From positions 22,878,001 through 22,942,000 of the forward strand of contig OZ260667.1 of assembly GCA_965285935.1 (NCBI GenBank): 64,000 nucleotides of DNA. The letters run 5' to 3'. Made by a program: the position numbers and the translations under genes. The notes below the pieces were generated by a model. The model saw only the letters and a program-made list of their open reading frames with translations, ran no database searches and had not been told where the DNA came from. Shown piece by piece: positions 1 through 12,564 of this stretch. This DNA is from Ophelia neglecta (Eukaryota). Positions within the stretch are counted from its first letter, which is position 1; each line of letters starts with the position of its first letter.

Positions 1-1538
1 CTGTATGAATTTTCTAAGATGGTCTGTATTATACATTCATGCTAGCACAGTGAAAAATATGTCTGTTATCGAAAAATCATAAATAAACGAAACCTAATTA
101 ATAAAAAGTATTAATTCCCACAGTAAATTAGGTATATTTATAAATATATACATATATATATGTATACATATATATATAAATATTCTGTATAGCTAGGTGA
201 TACATTATCGTTTAAAACATGATTTATTGACTTCTCGCTATAAGGTTTTATTCAGAATTTATCTAGTGTCAATTTATTGTGTAAAAATGTTTAATCAACA
301 TTACAAAAGTCCTGCCCCAAAATACTACTTGATACTACTTTAAAGCATCTACCGGAGTCCGTGGAAGTACATTCTGGAATAAATTGAACACAATTAATAT
401 TTTAAAGCATTGGAGTACCATTTATGTATGCGATGGCAGATGTGTCTCCAAAATTTCCAGTGGGCAGGTACTCATGTGAACATATTTATGAATTAAAAAG
501 AGTTTTTTTCGAACAGTTTCCTAGTAAAAGCAATGCATCAGAGATAGTCACATTTCAGCACTGCCAAACCAACACCACATTGTTGATAAACGCATGAATA
601 AAATGTATAATATCTTATAGTATACAGTGCGTATACTCACAAGGACCTCTGCACATTACAAACATGATGATGTAGAAGTTAAGTTTGAGGTAAGATGTCT
701 TGCCCTAAAATTCGATAACACTATTGGGCATCGGTGAAATTCAGTTAGTGGGTCGGGGGATTTTATTTGGTAGGTACTAGAAGTGATCAAAAACTTTAAT
801 CTGGGATAATTAGGGCCTAAGGTCTAAACAACAACATGTAAAGCACATTCCACTTTGTTCAAATCTTAGTCATTTCAGTTTAATTTCTTTAAATAATATC
901 CAATTGTAAAAAGCAGTCTTTTGATTAAAAATAGTGTAGGGTACAAACTACAGAATATAACAGTACGTAAAATATGTAAGAACATTTAGATAAAACTGTC
1001 TTGTCAAGCTATTGATTCTTGATACTTGCGCTCTATGGCATGAAAATAAAATGGATAATAAACTGTCAAAATATTATATATTATTCGCCGATATCCTTCA
1101 ATGACGTGACTTGTTATTTTTTCCCCGAACATTATACGATGTTTGACATTTATATAATTACTCACGAGCTGTATTTTTCTTCTAGCTGTGCTACAAATTA
1201 CCTACGCTAGCTGTATCTGCAAATAACAAGGAAAATGTTTAGACATGTAACGCCATATAGTTGTAATAAACATATAATCTATAATCATAGAGAGTTTTTA
1301 CTAAATGTTTATTGCTTTGTGGGCAACACATAACAGATAAAAAATTGTTTTCCGATGCCCAATGCCCGTAGAGGCAAGATTGATTTTTTTATTAATCCCG
1401 GCTTCCGGCGCCCTTCCTTGTTTGCCGTTTAAGACTTAGGAAAAGGGTAATTAACGAATTAGTTAAATATCGTCAACTAAACTCAAACTCTAAAGATGAA
1501 ATCAACCTACAACTCAGAGTTCGTTGCCCATCCAGACT
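1..1538 (+). repeat. Copy 1 of a long direct duplication (left end runs off the window)
   Basis: Positions 1-1538 match 11027-12564 at a constant offset of 11,026 bp. The 63-aa ORFs at 1019 and 12045 are identical, and I saw no mismatches in the parts compared by eye. The copies diverge after ...GCCCATCCAGACT. Confidence 0.95.
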
Positions 1539-2054
1539 AAACACTAGTCTAATTTTTATATTTCAATTAGAAATGGTTCTGTCAGTATCAAGCTTAATTT
1601 CTAGAATATGAAGGATATGATAGGCCTATAACAGTTAATTTGTATTGGCCGAGAGTTATTCATATTTAAATCACACCTACGATACATCTAATAAATACCA
1701 GGTACTTAACTTGATGCTAGCCTGCCAAGAAAATTTTGATAGTAAAAATGATTCAATAATTATATTCTAATCCATATACAGTATATTAGCCTACCTACAA
1801 ATACTCTTGAATATTATACGATTGAATAAGTAAAGAGGGTTTAATGCGTATTGCAAATCAACTGACATAGGGCCAACAATTGTTCTAAATATTGACACAA
1901 AACACATGTTTTTTCATATGCATTACGAAGAGTGGCCCAGGGTGGAATTTTATAAATATTGATATTCTCAGAAATGGGGGGGAGGGGGGGGGTAATTAGA
2001 AGTTGTGGCAGAGCGGGGAAAATGAGTAAATAGTGGGCGTCTCCGGGGCTGGCG

Positions 2055-2065
2055 GGGGACTTTCC
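2055..2065 (+). promoter_or_regulatory. Perfect NF-kappaB consensus site in a GC-rich promoter-like patch
   Basis: GGGGACTTTCC at 2055-2065; YY1-like AAATGGCGGC at 2251-2260. Motif match only. Confidence 0.3.
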
Positions 2066-4109
2066 AGCAATGTGGACATATATCTCACCTTTTGTAGCGT
2101 CTTTGCTCTGGCAATAATGTATTCCACTTTTAATGTTCATAAAGCCCGCCACAGAATATTGAGTATTTGTCCATAGTTTAAATTATTCGAATTTCCCTGT
2201 GCGTGTCCATATAGACAAAAGTATATTCCACACATGGATCGTCTGACTGCAAATGGCGGCCGGGCAAAGGACTCTGGTAAGGAGTAAACAAACAGTATCA
2301 CTTCCCGTTTCAATATGTATAACGGTCTAATAACATAACAGGTATGGACAAAAGTAGTGCGCTTGTCGAAGGTGAAAAAATTGAGAAGTTGAAAAAAATG
2401 ATAGGGAGGGTGTAACCGTTTGGTTTAGGATAAAATGAACTCTCGAAATTAAGAAATTTTATATTACAAGTTACGTTGAACAAATTAAATTTAAGACTTG
2501 TTATTTTGTTTTTCTTACACTTTATTTTTTACTAATAAACAACTGTATATGCTTCTGCCCCTGATCCCTTTCTTTTTTTTTAGATTCCTTTCTTAATAAT
2601 AAAAAAAAGCTTTTATCATATCGATATAGGGAATTTAGCAAAAAGGCAACCATTACTTTGTCTTTTTCCACAGCTGATCCACAGGTGTAAAAATGATCGG
2701 GTTTTTAAGCGTCTGTCTTATTTCAACGTAGAAATTCTTTTTTTTTCGTAATTTATTGTTTTGTGGGGTAATTTTCAGTTGTTTGTCGCTATCATAGTTT
2801 AATAATACCTACACGTCTACACTGTAAACAGTGAAATATTCGCTAGATGGATCGATTTTGTTTCTTGGGGTTTTATGACATTCCAAACGTATTTCATAAT
2901 TCAGTTTCGACTTGAAAGAAAGATAATTATTGCTGGTATCCGATGATCTGGATAATAGGCAATATTCTGTGATGCATTAAAGAAATTACCAATAGATAGT
3001 GAAATGACATTATACGACATGTTGAGTGCATTGGAATGAAAATGTAAGATGTCCAAATATATTTTGCCCTTAAAGGATTTTAAAAGCACCACCATATCTT
3101 CCTCTACAATTGACTTAATTAATAATCATTACCACTTGACGGTCAGTGTTTACGGTACGCCGGTCCCACGTGAGTAATTAGTGACGGCCTTGACCTCCAA
3201 AACCAAAACAGGAATACGGAGGACATACAAACTTTGGTCAATGTTATTGATCAGAAACATCACATTTGGAGGCTAGAGACTAGAAATGGTGGACGAGTGC
3301 AACGTGGTCTATTGGCAGAAGGAGTTTGTAAGTTTACAGTTTATGGTATTGTCCAAGGCTTCACTGAAGGAAGCACCTGTCTGTGAAATCAATCAGAGTC
3401 TAGTTCTGTTTATTAACATGGCCGATCCGGACCATGTATGATTAAACATTAACTCCGGTTCTAAAATGACAATTTTAGGACCATAATGACAGATTCATTA
3501 CGTCTAGTACGTACAATCTCAAACTTAGCAGGAATTGACTTTGGATATTAGGGTTAGGGCCAACAGAAGTCTTGTAACCCCTTCCATTGCCCCACCCACC
3601 CCCACCCGGGTTCTCTTCCCAAACCACCTCCACAACCTAAAAAGCCCTCATAATATTAATATATTTAATGACAGGTCTAATATTAGTATAAGCTCCCTGC
3701 ACTGTCTGAACTTTTTATTCAGAAAGACCTAGCACTTACAGAGATAATAATCGTCAAAACTACTGTCCTTCGTGAGATGCTACTGCATTCATAAATGACA
3801 TTTTGCTGGCTTTGTTCGAGTTACTGGATTATATTTATAATTAAGAGACGGAAATTTGTTTAGAGTCAAAGTCTAAAATTAAAGCCGGTTATCATGAATA
3901 TGCCTGCAATAGTAATAAAACAGACGCCTCCATTAATAATGAATAGTACTCATAATACGTCACAAAACTTAATAAGATACTTTATAAATAACACAATAAT
4001 GTTCCCCAGTTCCCAAATACTGCGTTGTCTAACGTTATTCAACTCATTTTTAAGCGCACAGCTTGAAATTGTGAACTAAATCACGCAGTCTTCAGAAAAG
4101 AGACCATAC

Positions 4110-4570
4110 AAACGCTCCAATTTTCATTTATTTATCCTTACTCATTGTACTGCATAAAAGTGTTGGGCAATACTTTCATGAAATATTTATAGCCCTTGAA
4201 CGTATTATAAGAGCGAGCCATCCGTTGATATCTGGTATCTCAAGTGTATCTCATACTTCACCACATTTCAAAGAACTTAATATTCTAGACCTCCATCAAT
4301 TCTATAAATATTCTATTTTACTATTTATGTATATATATTTCCATGGCCATCTTCCTAATAACATCCGTTGTCTGTTTGATCATAACTCTGATGACCACTC
4401 CAACACCACTAGAAGTGCCAGCCTGCTTTGTGTCCAAAGCTGTAGGCTGTTTGTACTTCAAATTCTACGAAGCATCATAGTGTCAAAATATTTAATGAAT
4501 TTGTGAACATTATTTATTTCAAGGGATCTATCTCCACTTTTTTAAAGGGAATGTCAAATACTATTTCATT
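4110..4570 (+). mobile_element. Decayed CR1-group (L2/Crack/Daphne-like) LINE, ORF2 C-terminal fragment
   Basis: Frameshifted translation contains SFIYPY..YCI.V.GNT, RAIR, and ISGISSVSHTSPHFKELNILDLHQFYKYSILLFMY...HSNTTRSA, typical of the post-RT region of CR1-group LINEs. Confidence 0.75.
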
Positions 4571-5329
4571 GATGGTGCCACTGATGATGTTAACACTTAG
4601 AATCTGCTGTGGCTGGGGGGCGTGTGGGGTGAGGGGGGTAGGAGTGAGAGGGGTTATATAGTTTCTGGTTCACTCTTTGGTTTTCCCTGGCGATTTTATG
4701 GGTATTGGGCTGGACATAAAATATCTATCATTATTGTGCATTTGTGTATGAAACTGCCTAGTATCTTTTGTTTCTTCTATTTAATTTGCTATTATTGGTG
4801 ATTTTGTTTTTATACTATATGCGATATGCTGGATGCAGGCCCCTTAGTGTGTAGGGTCACTTGGTATATACGCACTATTTTGTTTGTTGCAGTATTATCT
4901 TTACTTCAGCCACGCGATGAAATATGTCCGAGATGGTTGGACTCTTTTCTGTTCTTCTCTTGTTAATTGTTCCTTTTGTATTTACTTTCAATTCATTTTT
5001 TCTTGTGACAGTCTTTGGATTTTAATGTATTTGGATTTGATGTATTGGTGGTAGATACTTGTAGGTATGATATATTTATTGGTGGGTCTGGTATTTAGCA
5101 AGTAAAAGCCCCCCCCCCAAAAAAAAAAAAAAAAAAAAACAATGTGGAGCCCCCTTCCCTTGCTGCCCTTCCTTCCCCCTTCCCACCCCTTCTCCCCTCC
5201 ACCCTGAACCCTTTTTTTTTTTTTTGAAATCCCCACTGTTTGCTGTTTACAATAATAAAATCACCTTTAAGCTGTGGGGACCTTTAAACTAACGGAAGTT
5301 GATATGTAAAACAGCGTCCAATTTCTTTC

Positions 5330-5870
5330 TATGAATTTCCTGAGCCATGTCATTTTTATAAAGTCAATGTCGTCTGCTGAGCAATGGATGAGAACTCTTT
5401 ACGAAAACAATGGATCCATTATCTTTGGGAAGTTATCTTGTTAACAAAAGTGACCGGACTTTGCTACTGAAGTGCAGCCTCGATAGACTAATCTTTACTT
5501 GTTAAGCGAGGGTTTCTGGGAGCTAAATTTGGTTTTAAACCTTGCCACTTTGGTCTGAAACTTAATCCTTGTCCGTGCAAGCTCCGTATCAGCTCATCAG
5601 CTAAACTGTTTTTTATCAGTTTTGGTTAACCTATACGTCAGGAATTGGCCAATATTATGCCTTATGATGTGGAATAGAAATGGGTCATACATGCCTTATA
5701 TTTAATTCTTTTAGGGCAATAAGTTCTTTTCTTCTACATACTTGGCAATCTTTTATTTTCGTCCACACTACAAACTGTTTTGCTTTTTTTGCTTCTAGAT
5801 GCAAGTGGGCAGTTGTTATGATAATGAAAGCTAACATCCAAGCTGTTGAAACTGCTAACGGAATTGTAAG
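5330..5870 (-). mobile_element. Decayed Academ-like DDE transposase fragment
   Basis: Minus-strand translation across stops and frameshifts gives DELIRSLHGQGLSF..KVARFKT..LA..ETLA..RVLIHCSADDIDF. This resembles my recollection of the Academ pattern LIxxLHxxGxSxSYxxVxxFxTxxA...IHFxADNID. Not verified by search. Confidence 0.45.
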
Positions 5871-7489
5871 TACTGTCATTTTATAACAATTTAACAAATT
5901 CATAACTCCGGCAATGCCAATCCCGAGGGGTGGACCGACTCATACCAACCCCTTACCCCTCCTATGCCACTGCCGGGGTTCGGAAAGAATCTTACCAGCC
6001 CCAACCCCCTCGCAAGGCTTATCCCGAGGTCCAGATATGAACCTCAAAAAAAGCATGACAAAAACTTTTTGTGCGCGGAAACTATTTCGCAATGGACTTG
6101 TATTGTGGCAGTTTATAAATTAACCTTGACAAGTGATATCATACTGTGGCAGTTTCTTTGCATGTGATTAGGAAAACGAAAATATTCTCACTGAAATGAA
6201 TCAAAAATCGAATCATGAACACCTGATATATAACCAAAGTTCCAATATGACATGAAACAAATCATAATGCGAAATATTTACATCTAGGTCCTTAAACCTG
6301 AAAACAGGCTGCATTCTCGCTTAATAATATCAAGATCGGATGTGCGTGTATGTGTGTGTATGTATCTATGTATCTATGGTGTATATATCAACAGCTACTC
6401 CTTTGAAATTACCCTACATTATCATAACCCCGAACACTTATATCAGGAGGGGGCTGTTTTTAGTAATTATAGTTTTCCCTGTCCTAAACCTTGTTTTTCT
6501 GTATAATGGACATTGGTCAGATATTCTCTAGCTGTGAGGAGATCGTGATAGATCGATGCTCTGGGAAAAAGAAGGTGTTTGGTCAACTTAACAAATTAAG
6601 CCAGGCATAATTCCTATATTGCTACCAATAACGGCCAGGGGCCACTCTTGATTTTAAGAGGACTCAGAATATGAACTCAGTCACTTTTAAGGAAGTCTCG
6701 GGTGATTAAAGAGAGGTCAAAAATGTCAATCCATTGGGGGATGGGTGGGAGCTGGGGTGGGGTGGTTGGTCATTCCAAGACACTAAGAGTCTAATTATGA
6801 TGTGTGGGTACTTTTCCACCGATATACCTCGTCAGAGAATGTCGGCTGCACCACCTAGCATGAATCTAAACTCAACTTGTTCTATATAAACAGAAAGCAA
6901 AGTTCTTTTATGGGCCTGGTTTCGCGAATTTACATAATTCTTACTGTGTGGAATTGAAAGATGCCTAGCGCAGTGCTCAAGGCAAACAAATCCTACATTC
7001 TGCCCGGAATTAAACGATAGGCGAAATAATTATACTTTAATCCCACTTTGAATCCCCCAGCAGCTCCAGGCGCATTGGCGCCTTTACCCAAAGTCTTCCC
7101 AGTGAAAATGGACTTAGTGTGATGTGATATAGGGTGGCGGGGGAAACGGAGGAGGCGGTAGGGTGGGGTGGGGGGGGGGGTACGAGGGGGAATAACAAAT
7201 TACCTGGACTCGGATACATTGAACTATAAGCAGTCACTACTCGTACCTCATCAACTCTGAGATGGCATTGACAGTAAAAACGGCGGTCATAGTAAATATG
7301 AGCGTTCCGAACAGATGGGAATTTAGCTTTAGTTTCTAAAAGGAAACGCAGTCTGGACAATTCTAAGTTATGAAAGTGGTCGCAGTTTAAGCATAGCTCG
7401 CGCAAAATGGGATATTAGTCGTTTGAGGTGATGAAACTTTGGTTCATTGACATTCTATAGTGTAATAAGGGTTGTGTCTTTGGAATTGC

Positions 7490-7836
7490 AGGGAAAGGTC
7501 AACCCCCAGGTGGCCAGGTGTTGATACCCCAAGCTGACCGCTCATTGTTATCCAGTGAGGGCAATTTTGATAATCCAGAACTCCCGTAAAAGGGAGCCGC
7601 CTATCCCTCGAATGATATCAGTCTTCTGCCCATTCCAGAGAGTGGGGTGGCGGCATAGTGCCCTCACACTCCTTATCGGAGTGGACATACAGGCCCTTTA
7701 CCCTCGAGGAGCACTCTGGGGCGAGGTGGAGCAAGGACATAGTTTGTTGTCCTACCCCTGTATCAGCTCTTTGAATACGCCTTGTTCAACAAAGCAGCCA
7801 AATCACCTGGTGTCCAGTCCTGCGTGACGAGTGACC
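7490..7836 (-). mobile_element. GC-rich, self-complementary segment; possibly an isolated 5'-UTR of an I/Nimb-clade LINE
   Basis: Many nested inverted repeats (see findings). Minus-strand words GTAAAGGGCCTGTATGTCC and ATCAACACCTGGCCACCT resemble my recollection of I/Nimb LINE 5'-UTRs; unverified. Confidence 0.3.
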
Positions 7837-8419
7837 ACACATGTTACACAACGCTGTACAAACAGTGCTTGACAGTGGGTTTCTTGCCATTTCCACAGTA
7901 TAAGTCGACACTGAAATCAACGTGGTTCATTTGTGCTGGGCGCTCGCATTTAACGCTGTAAATTGATATTTCTTGGACTTGTCAGGACAAAAGTTTGACC
8001 GGAACTGCTTGGCCGGGTGCTATATATACACATGCGCAGCTACCGAGTAAGCTAGCATAAGTCGCAGTGTTTACTTGTGGATAACAGGATATATTAACGT
8101 TCACATTCAGGACTTCTTGGGAATATTTTACTATTCACATTCACATTCAGGACTTTATGGAGTATTTTACTACGCTTTTGGACTCTGAGGAACTGCACAT
8201 ACGCCCCGAGCAATGTGACATGATAGATGTTATTCATATTTTCATCTGTCACTCGTATTGTTTAGTGTGTAACACTTCATCAGGATAAAGACGTGTGAAG
8301 TATGACATATGGTAAGTAAACATGAATTATATTATTAGTCTTATAACACCTGTCTTCATGGTTCCTTTGATCTATGGGACCTCCTGATTTCTAGTCCCTA
8401 GAGCACTTGGCATGCTTAC

Positions 8420-8806
8420 TAGACGCACTTGTTGTTTTTTCAATGGATAGCTGCTTATTTGCTTACTCCAACTTTGACAGTTGACAACTAATATCTGTGA
8501 TCTCTCTCTAGGCCCATTTAATTCATCTGATAATTCATGTGCTATCATAGACGCACTTGTTGTTTTTTGAATGGATAGGCCTAGCTGCTTATTTGCTAAC
8601 TCCAACTTTGACAGTTGACAACTGATCTGTGTGATCTCTCTCTCTAGGCCTATTTAATACTTCTGATAAATTCATGTGCTATCATAGACGCACTTGTTGT
8701 TTTTTAAATGGATAGCTGCTTATTTGCTAACTCCAACTTTGACAGTTAACAGCTGATCTGTGTGATCTCTATCCATTTAATAATCTGACATTGCCTGTGC
8801 TATCAG
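8420..8806 (+). repeat. Tandem repeat, 3 copies of ~125-137 bp
   Basis: TAGACGCACTTGTTGTTTTT...CTGCTTATTTGCT.ACTCCAACTTTGACAGTT recurs at ~8420, ~8548 and ~8685. Confidence 0.9.
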
Positions 8807-8969
8807 TCACTTACAGATTAACAATTCATGGTGCAAATTTTCTCTGCTACCGGGGTAATCTTGCCTTCCGGCACTCAACCCCACCCCCTTCTTTAACTTT
8901 AATTCATGCAAAATAATAACATTCGGCCAGTTTTGAGTTATTTTTAGTATCTTTTAACCTTTTCAAAGC

Positions 8970-9500
8970 GCCTAGAAGCTATATTTTCGTTTTAGGGCAG
9001 TTTTCGTCAGAGAACCAATTAAAGCTATTTTTCATAAGAAAAGCTTCAAAAAAGGCTTTTCAGAATGACCCCATGCACTTTACAGTTTTATTTTTCGTTT
9101 CACTGCTTGTAATGCCAATCTGAGGGGTTAATGCAAGCTTGATAGCTCTAGAGTTTGTTTTAAAACAATATTTTTCATAAAATGCTGTTTTTCATGAGAA
9201 AACTAAAAAACGACTTTTCAGAAAGACCATATACACTTTTCAATTCATTTTTTTCGTTTTTGTTCTTATAATGCCGTTCTGAAGCGTTTGTGAAAATTTC
9301 AGAGCTGCAGATTGATTTTAAATGTTCTTTTTTTTATTTTTTTTTGGTAAAATTCTGTTTTTGCTCAGAAAAGCCTTAAAAATGCCTTTTCAGAATGACC
9401 CAATGCACTTTTCAATGTATTTTTTTTCTTTTGTGCTTGCAATGCCATTCTGAAGCTTGTGTGAAAGATTCAGAGCTCTAGGATTAATTCTAAAGGCCTT
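8970..9500 (+). repeat. Diverged tandem repeat, ~3 copies of ~165 bp
   Basis: CTTTTCAGAA.GACC..AT.CACTTTT...T.ATGCC..TCTGA recurs at ~9056, ~9214 and ~9386. Confidence 0.8.
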
Positions 9501-9858
9501 TTTATTTAGTTATATTGCTAAAATCATTTTTTATTATATTCTAACTGGTTCCAATAGCAGTGCAATATTCAATAGCAGAACTGCATATAGGGGCTGTTCA
9601 TGTGCATAAATCGGCAATTAAATATTTTATTTTATTTCAGGAAAAAAAAATATCTAGAAATTTGGAAAAAATTCAATTCCCCCCTCTCTCTCTCCCTTCC
9701 TGTCCCCTCCCCCCCTCTCATCTCTGCCTCCATCTCCGTCTCCCCTCTCTGGCTCGTCTCGGGTCTGCTCAGCTCCCTCCTGCTACCGTCTGCTGGAATG
9801 AAACACATATCAATGTTAGTACAGTGCGACGACTTGTATTTCAGAATTCGACTCTCTT

Positions 9859-9929
9859 ACCTCTGTCCAGGATCGAACCCCGGACTCTGGCGTGGTAGGC
9901 CCGCACTCTATCCACTCACCCACGTAGGC
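9859..9929 (-). mobile_element. tRNA-derived (SINE-head-like) sequence
   Basis: Minus strand has A-box-like TGGGTGAGTGG and B-box GGTTCGATCC within the T-arm TCCGGG/CCTGGA. Acceptor and anticodon stems are imperfect, so it is not a functional tRNA. Confidence 0.6.
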
Positions 9930-9964
9930 GCGCCTGAGTGAATAAAGTTGGAACTTTGTGCAAT

Positions 9965-10355
9965 GATGTTAACCGGAAGTACTCTACTATAGTACAAACT
10001 TGCCCGCATGGTGGCAGCACGTGGTCTACTACACTACTCGCAAGAAAAGTAGTATCTAAAAACTACTTCCCCCTTGCCTGAGAGGACGACGTTGAAATTT
10101 TTGTCATCAACCGGAAAGCACTCTAAGATAGTACCAACTTTCCCGCAGGGTGGTAGCACGGGTTTTTGGTACACTACTCAAAATTAAGTAGCATTTAAAA
10201 ACTACTGTCCGCTTGCCTGAGAGGATAAAGTTAGATCTTCTTGTCATTACTTTAACCGGAAACTACTGTTCTATAATATAACTTTTTCGCAGGATGGCAG
10301 CACGGGGTTTGTTTTACTACTTACAATAACGCAGTATTTAAAAACTACTTTCCAG
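9965..10355 (+). repeat. Diverged tandem repeat, 3 copies of ~140 bp
   Basis: AACCGGAA...CGCA.G.TGG.AGCACG...TACT...AGTA..TAAAAACTACT recurs at ~9971, ~10109 and ~10254. Confidence 0.8.
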
Positions 10356-11026
10356 TAGATTCTTGACTTCAATATGTGAATTTTTAAAAGAGCAGTTTTT
10401 ATTTCGAACTTCACCACATAACATTATCCGAGGTTTATCCAAATCATAAAGGGGCTAAGTGGAAACACTGAGTACAAACAAATAGAAAACACATCAATAG
10501 TCTGCAGTAATATTACACACAAAAGAATGCGGGTGACAGATGAAAATATTTAACATCTATCAGTCCGCATGATTCTATGCGTCTCTGCAGTTTCTCAATG
10601 TATGAAGATTCCTCCAAAATGCTGTCAAATTTGGTGAAATCATACCGAGTATGTTCGATTTATCCCCACTCGGCTAACTTGATTGTTGTATGCGTCTAAG
10701 ATGCCTAGCTGGTCTGAACTGTCTGCGTATGTCCAAGTTCCTAGCCATGGTGTTCCGGTCTAGCTTGACCTAGTATGACCTCCGCACACGTCGAATGTAC
10801 ACCGCTTTAAATGGTAAATTCCAAGAGAACTGACAGAAATTAATCCAAATTGCTTCAGTTTCGGTTTATTTCCGGAAGTGCTTGTTATGAATGTTATGGT
10901 GTGTTCTAGGCCCATGTGTGAAAGCATGGTCACTCGTCCCGGTTGGGTGACCTCTAAGGAAATAGGCAGCTTGCTTGAACACAACACCGTTTTAGTTTAC
11001 GACATGACCACCTGGTAGAGTTTGAG

Positions 11027-12564
11027 CTGTATGAATTTTCTAAGATGGTCTGTATTATACATTCATGCTAGCACAGTGAAAAATATGTCTGTTATCGAAA
11101 AATCATAAATAAACGAAACCTAATTAATAAAAAGTATTAATTCCCACAGTAAATTAGGTATATTTATAAATATATACATATATATATGTATACATATATA
11201 TATAAATATTCTGTATAGCTAGGTGATACATTATCGTTTAAAACATGATTTATTGACTTCTCGCTATAAGGTTTTATTCAGAATTTATCTAGTGTCAATT
11301 TATTGTGTAAAAATGTTTAATCAACATTACAAAAGTCCTGCCCCAAAATACTACTTGATACTACTTTAAAGCATCTACCGGAGTCCGTGGAAGTACATTC
11401 TGGAATAAATTGAACACAATTAATATTTTAAAGCATTGGAGTACCATTTATGTATGCGATGGCAGATGTGTCTCCAAAATTTCCAGTGGGCAGGTACTCA
11501 TGTGAACATATTTATGAATTAAAAAGAGTTTTTTTCGAACAGTTTCCTAGTAAAAGCAATGCATCAGAGATAGTCACATTTCAGCACTGCCAAACCAACA
11601 CCACATTGTTGATAAACGCATGAATAAAATGTATAATATCTTATAGTATACAGTGCGTATACTCACAAGGACCTCTGCACATTACAAACATGATGATGTA
11701 GAAGTTAAGTTTGAGGTAAGATGTCTTGCCCTAAAATTCGATAACACTATTGGGCATCGGTGAAATTCAGTTAGTGGGTCGGGGGATTTTATTTGGTAGG
11801 TACTAGAAGTGATCAAAAACTTTAATCTGGGATAATTAGGGCCTAAGGTCTAAACAACAACATGTAAAGCACATTCCACTTTGTTCAAATCTTAGTCATT
11901 TCAGTTTAATTTCTTTAAATAATATCCAATTGTAAAAAGCAGTCTTTTGATTAAAAATAGTGTAGGGTACAAACTACAGAATATAACAGTACGTAAAATA
12001 TGTAAGAACATTTAGATAAAACTGTCTTGTCAAGCTATTGATTCTTGATACTTGCGCTCTATGGCATGAAAATAAAATGGATAATAAACTGTCAAAATAT
12101 TATATATTATTCGCCGATATCCTTCAATGACGTGACTTGTTATTTTTTCCCCGAACATTATACGATGTTTGACATTTATATAATTACTCACGAGCTGTAT
12201 TTTTCTTCTAGCTGTGCTACAAATTACCTACGCTAGCTGTATCTGCAAATAACAAGGAAAATGTTTAGACATGTAACGCCATATAGTTGTAATAAACATA
12301 TAATCTATAATCATAGAGAGTTTTTACTAAATGTTTATTGCTTTGTGGGCAACACATAACAGATAAAAAATTGTTTTCCGATGCCCAATGCCCGTAGAGG
12401 CAAGATTGATTTTTTTATTAATCCCGGCTTCCGGCGCCCTTCCTTGTTTGCCGTTTAAGACTTAGGAAAAGGGTAATTAACGAATTAGTTAAATATCGTC
12501 AACTAAACTCAAACTCTAAAGATGAAATCAACCTACAACTCAGAGTTCGTTGCCCATCCAGACT
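11027..12564 (+). repeat. Copy 2 of the long direct duplication
   Basis: Same sequence as 1-1538. The true left boundary cannot be defined because copy 1 is cut by the window edge. Confidence 0.95.

Noticed and set aside
7640-7672. 7SK-like 5' end (GGAGTGTGAGGGC on the minus strand)
   Set aside because: No paired GATC motifs and no 7SK-like 3' hairpin with a U tail were found.
8255-8290. Hammerhead ribozyme on the minus strand (CTGATGA-AGTGT-tac-ACACT-AAAC)
   Set aside because: It lacks the G of the GAAA core, and stems I and III cannot be formed.
1-12564. LTR retrotransposon with 1.5-kb LTRs
   Set aside because: The repeat does not end in CA, no primer-binding site follows copy 1, and I saw no gag/pol remnants between the copies.
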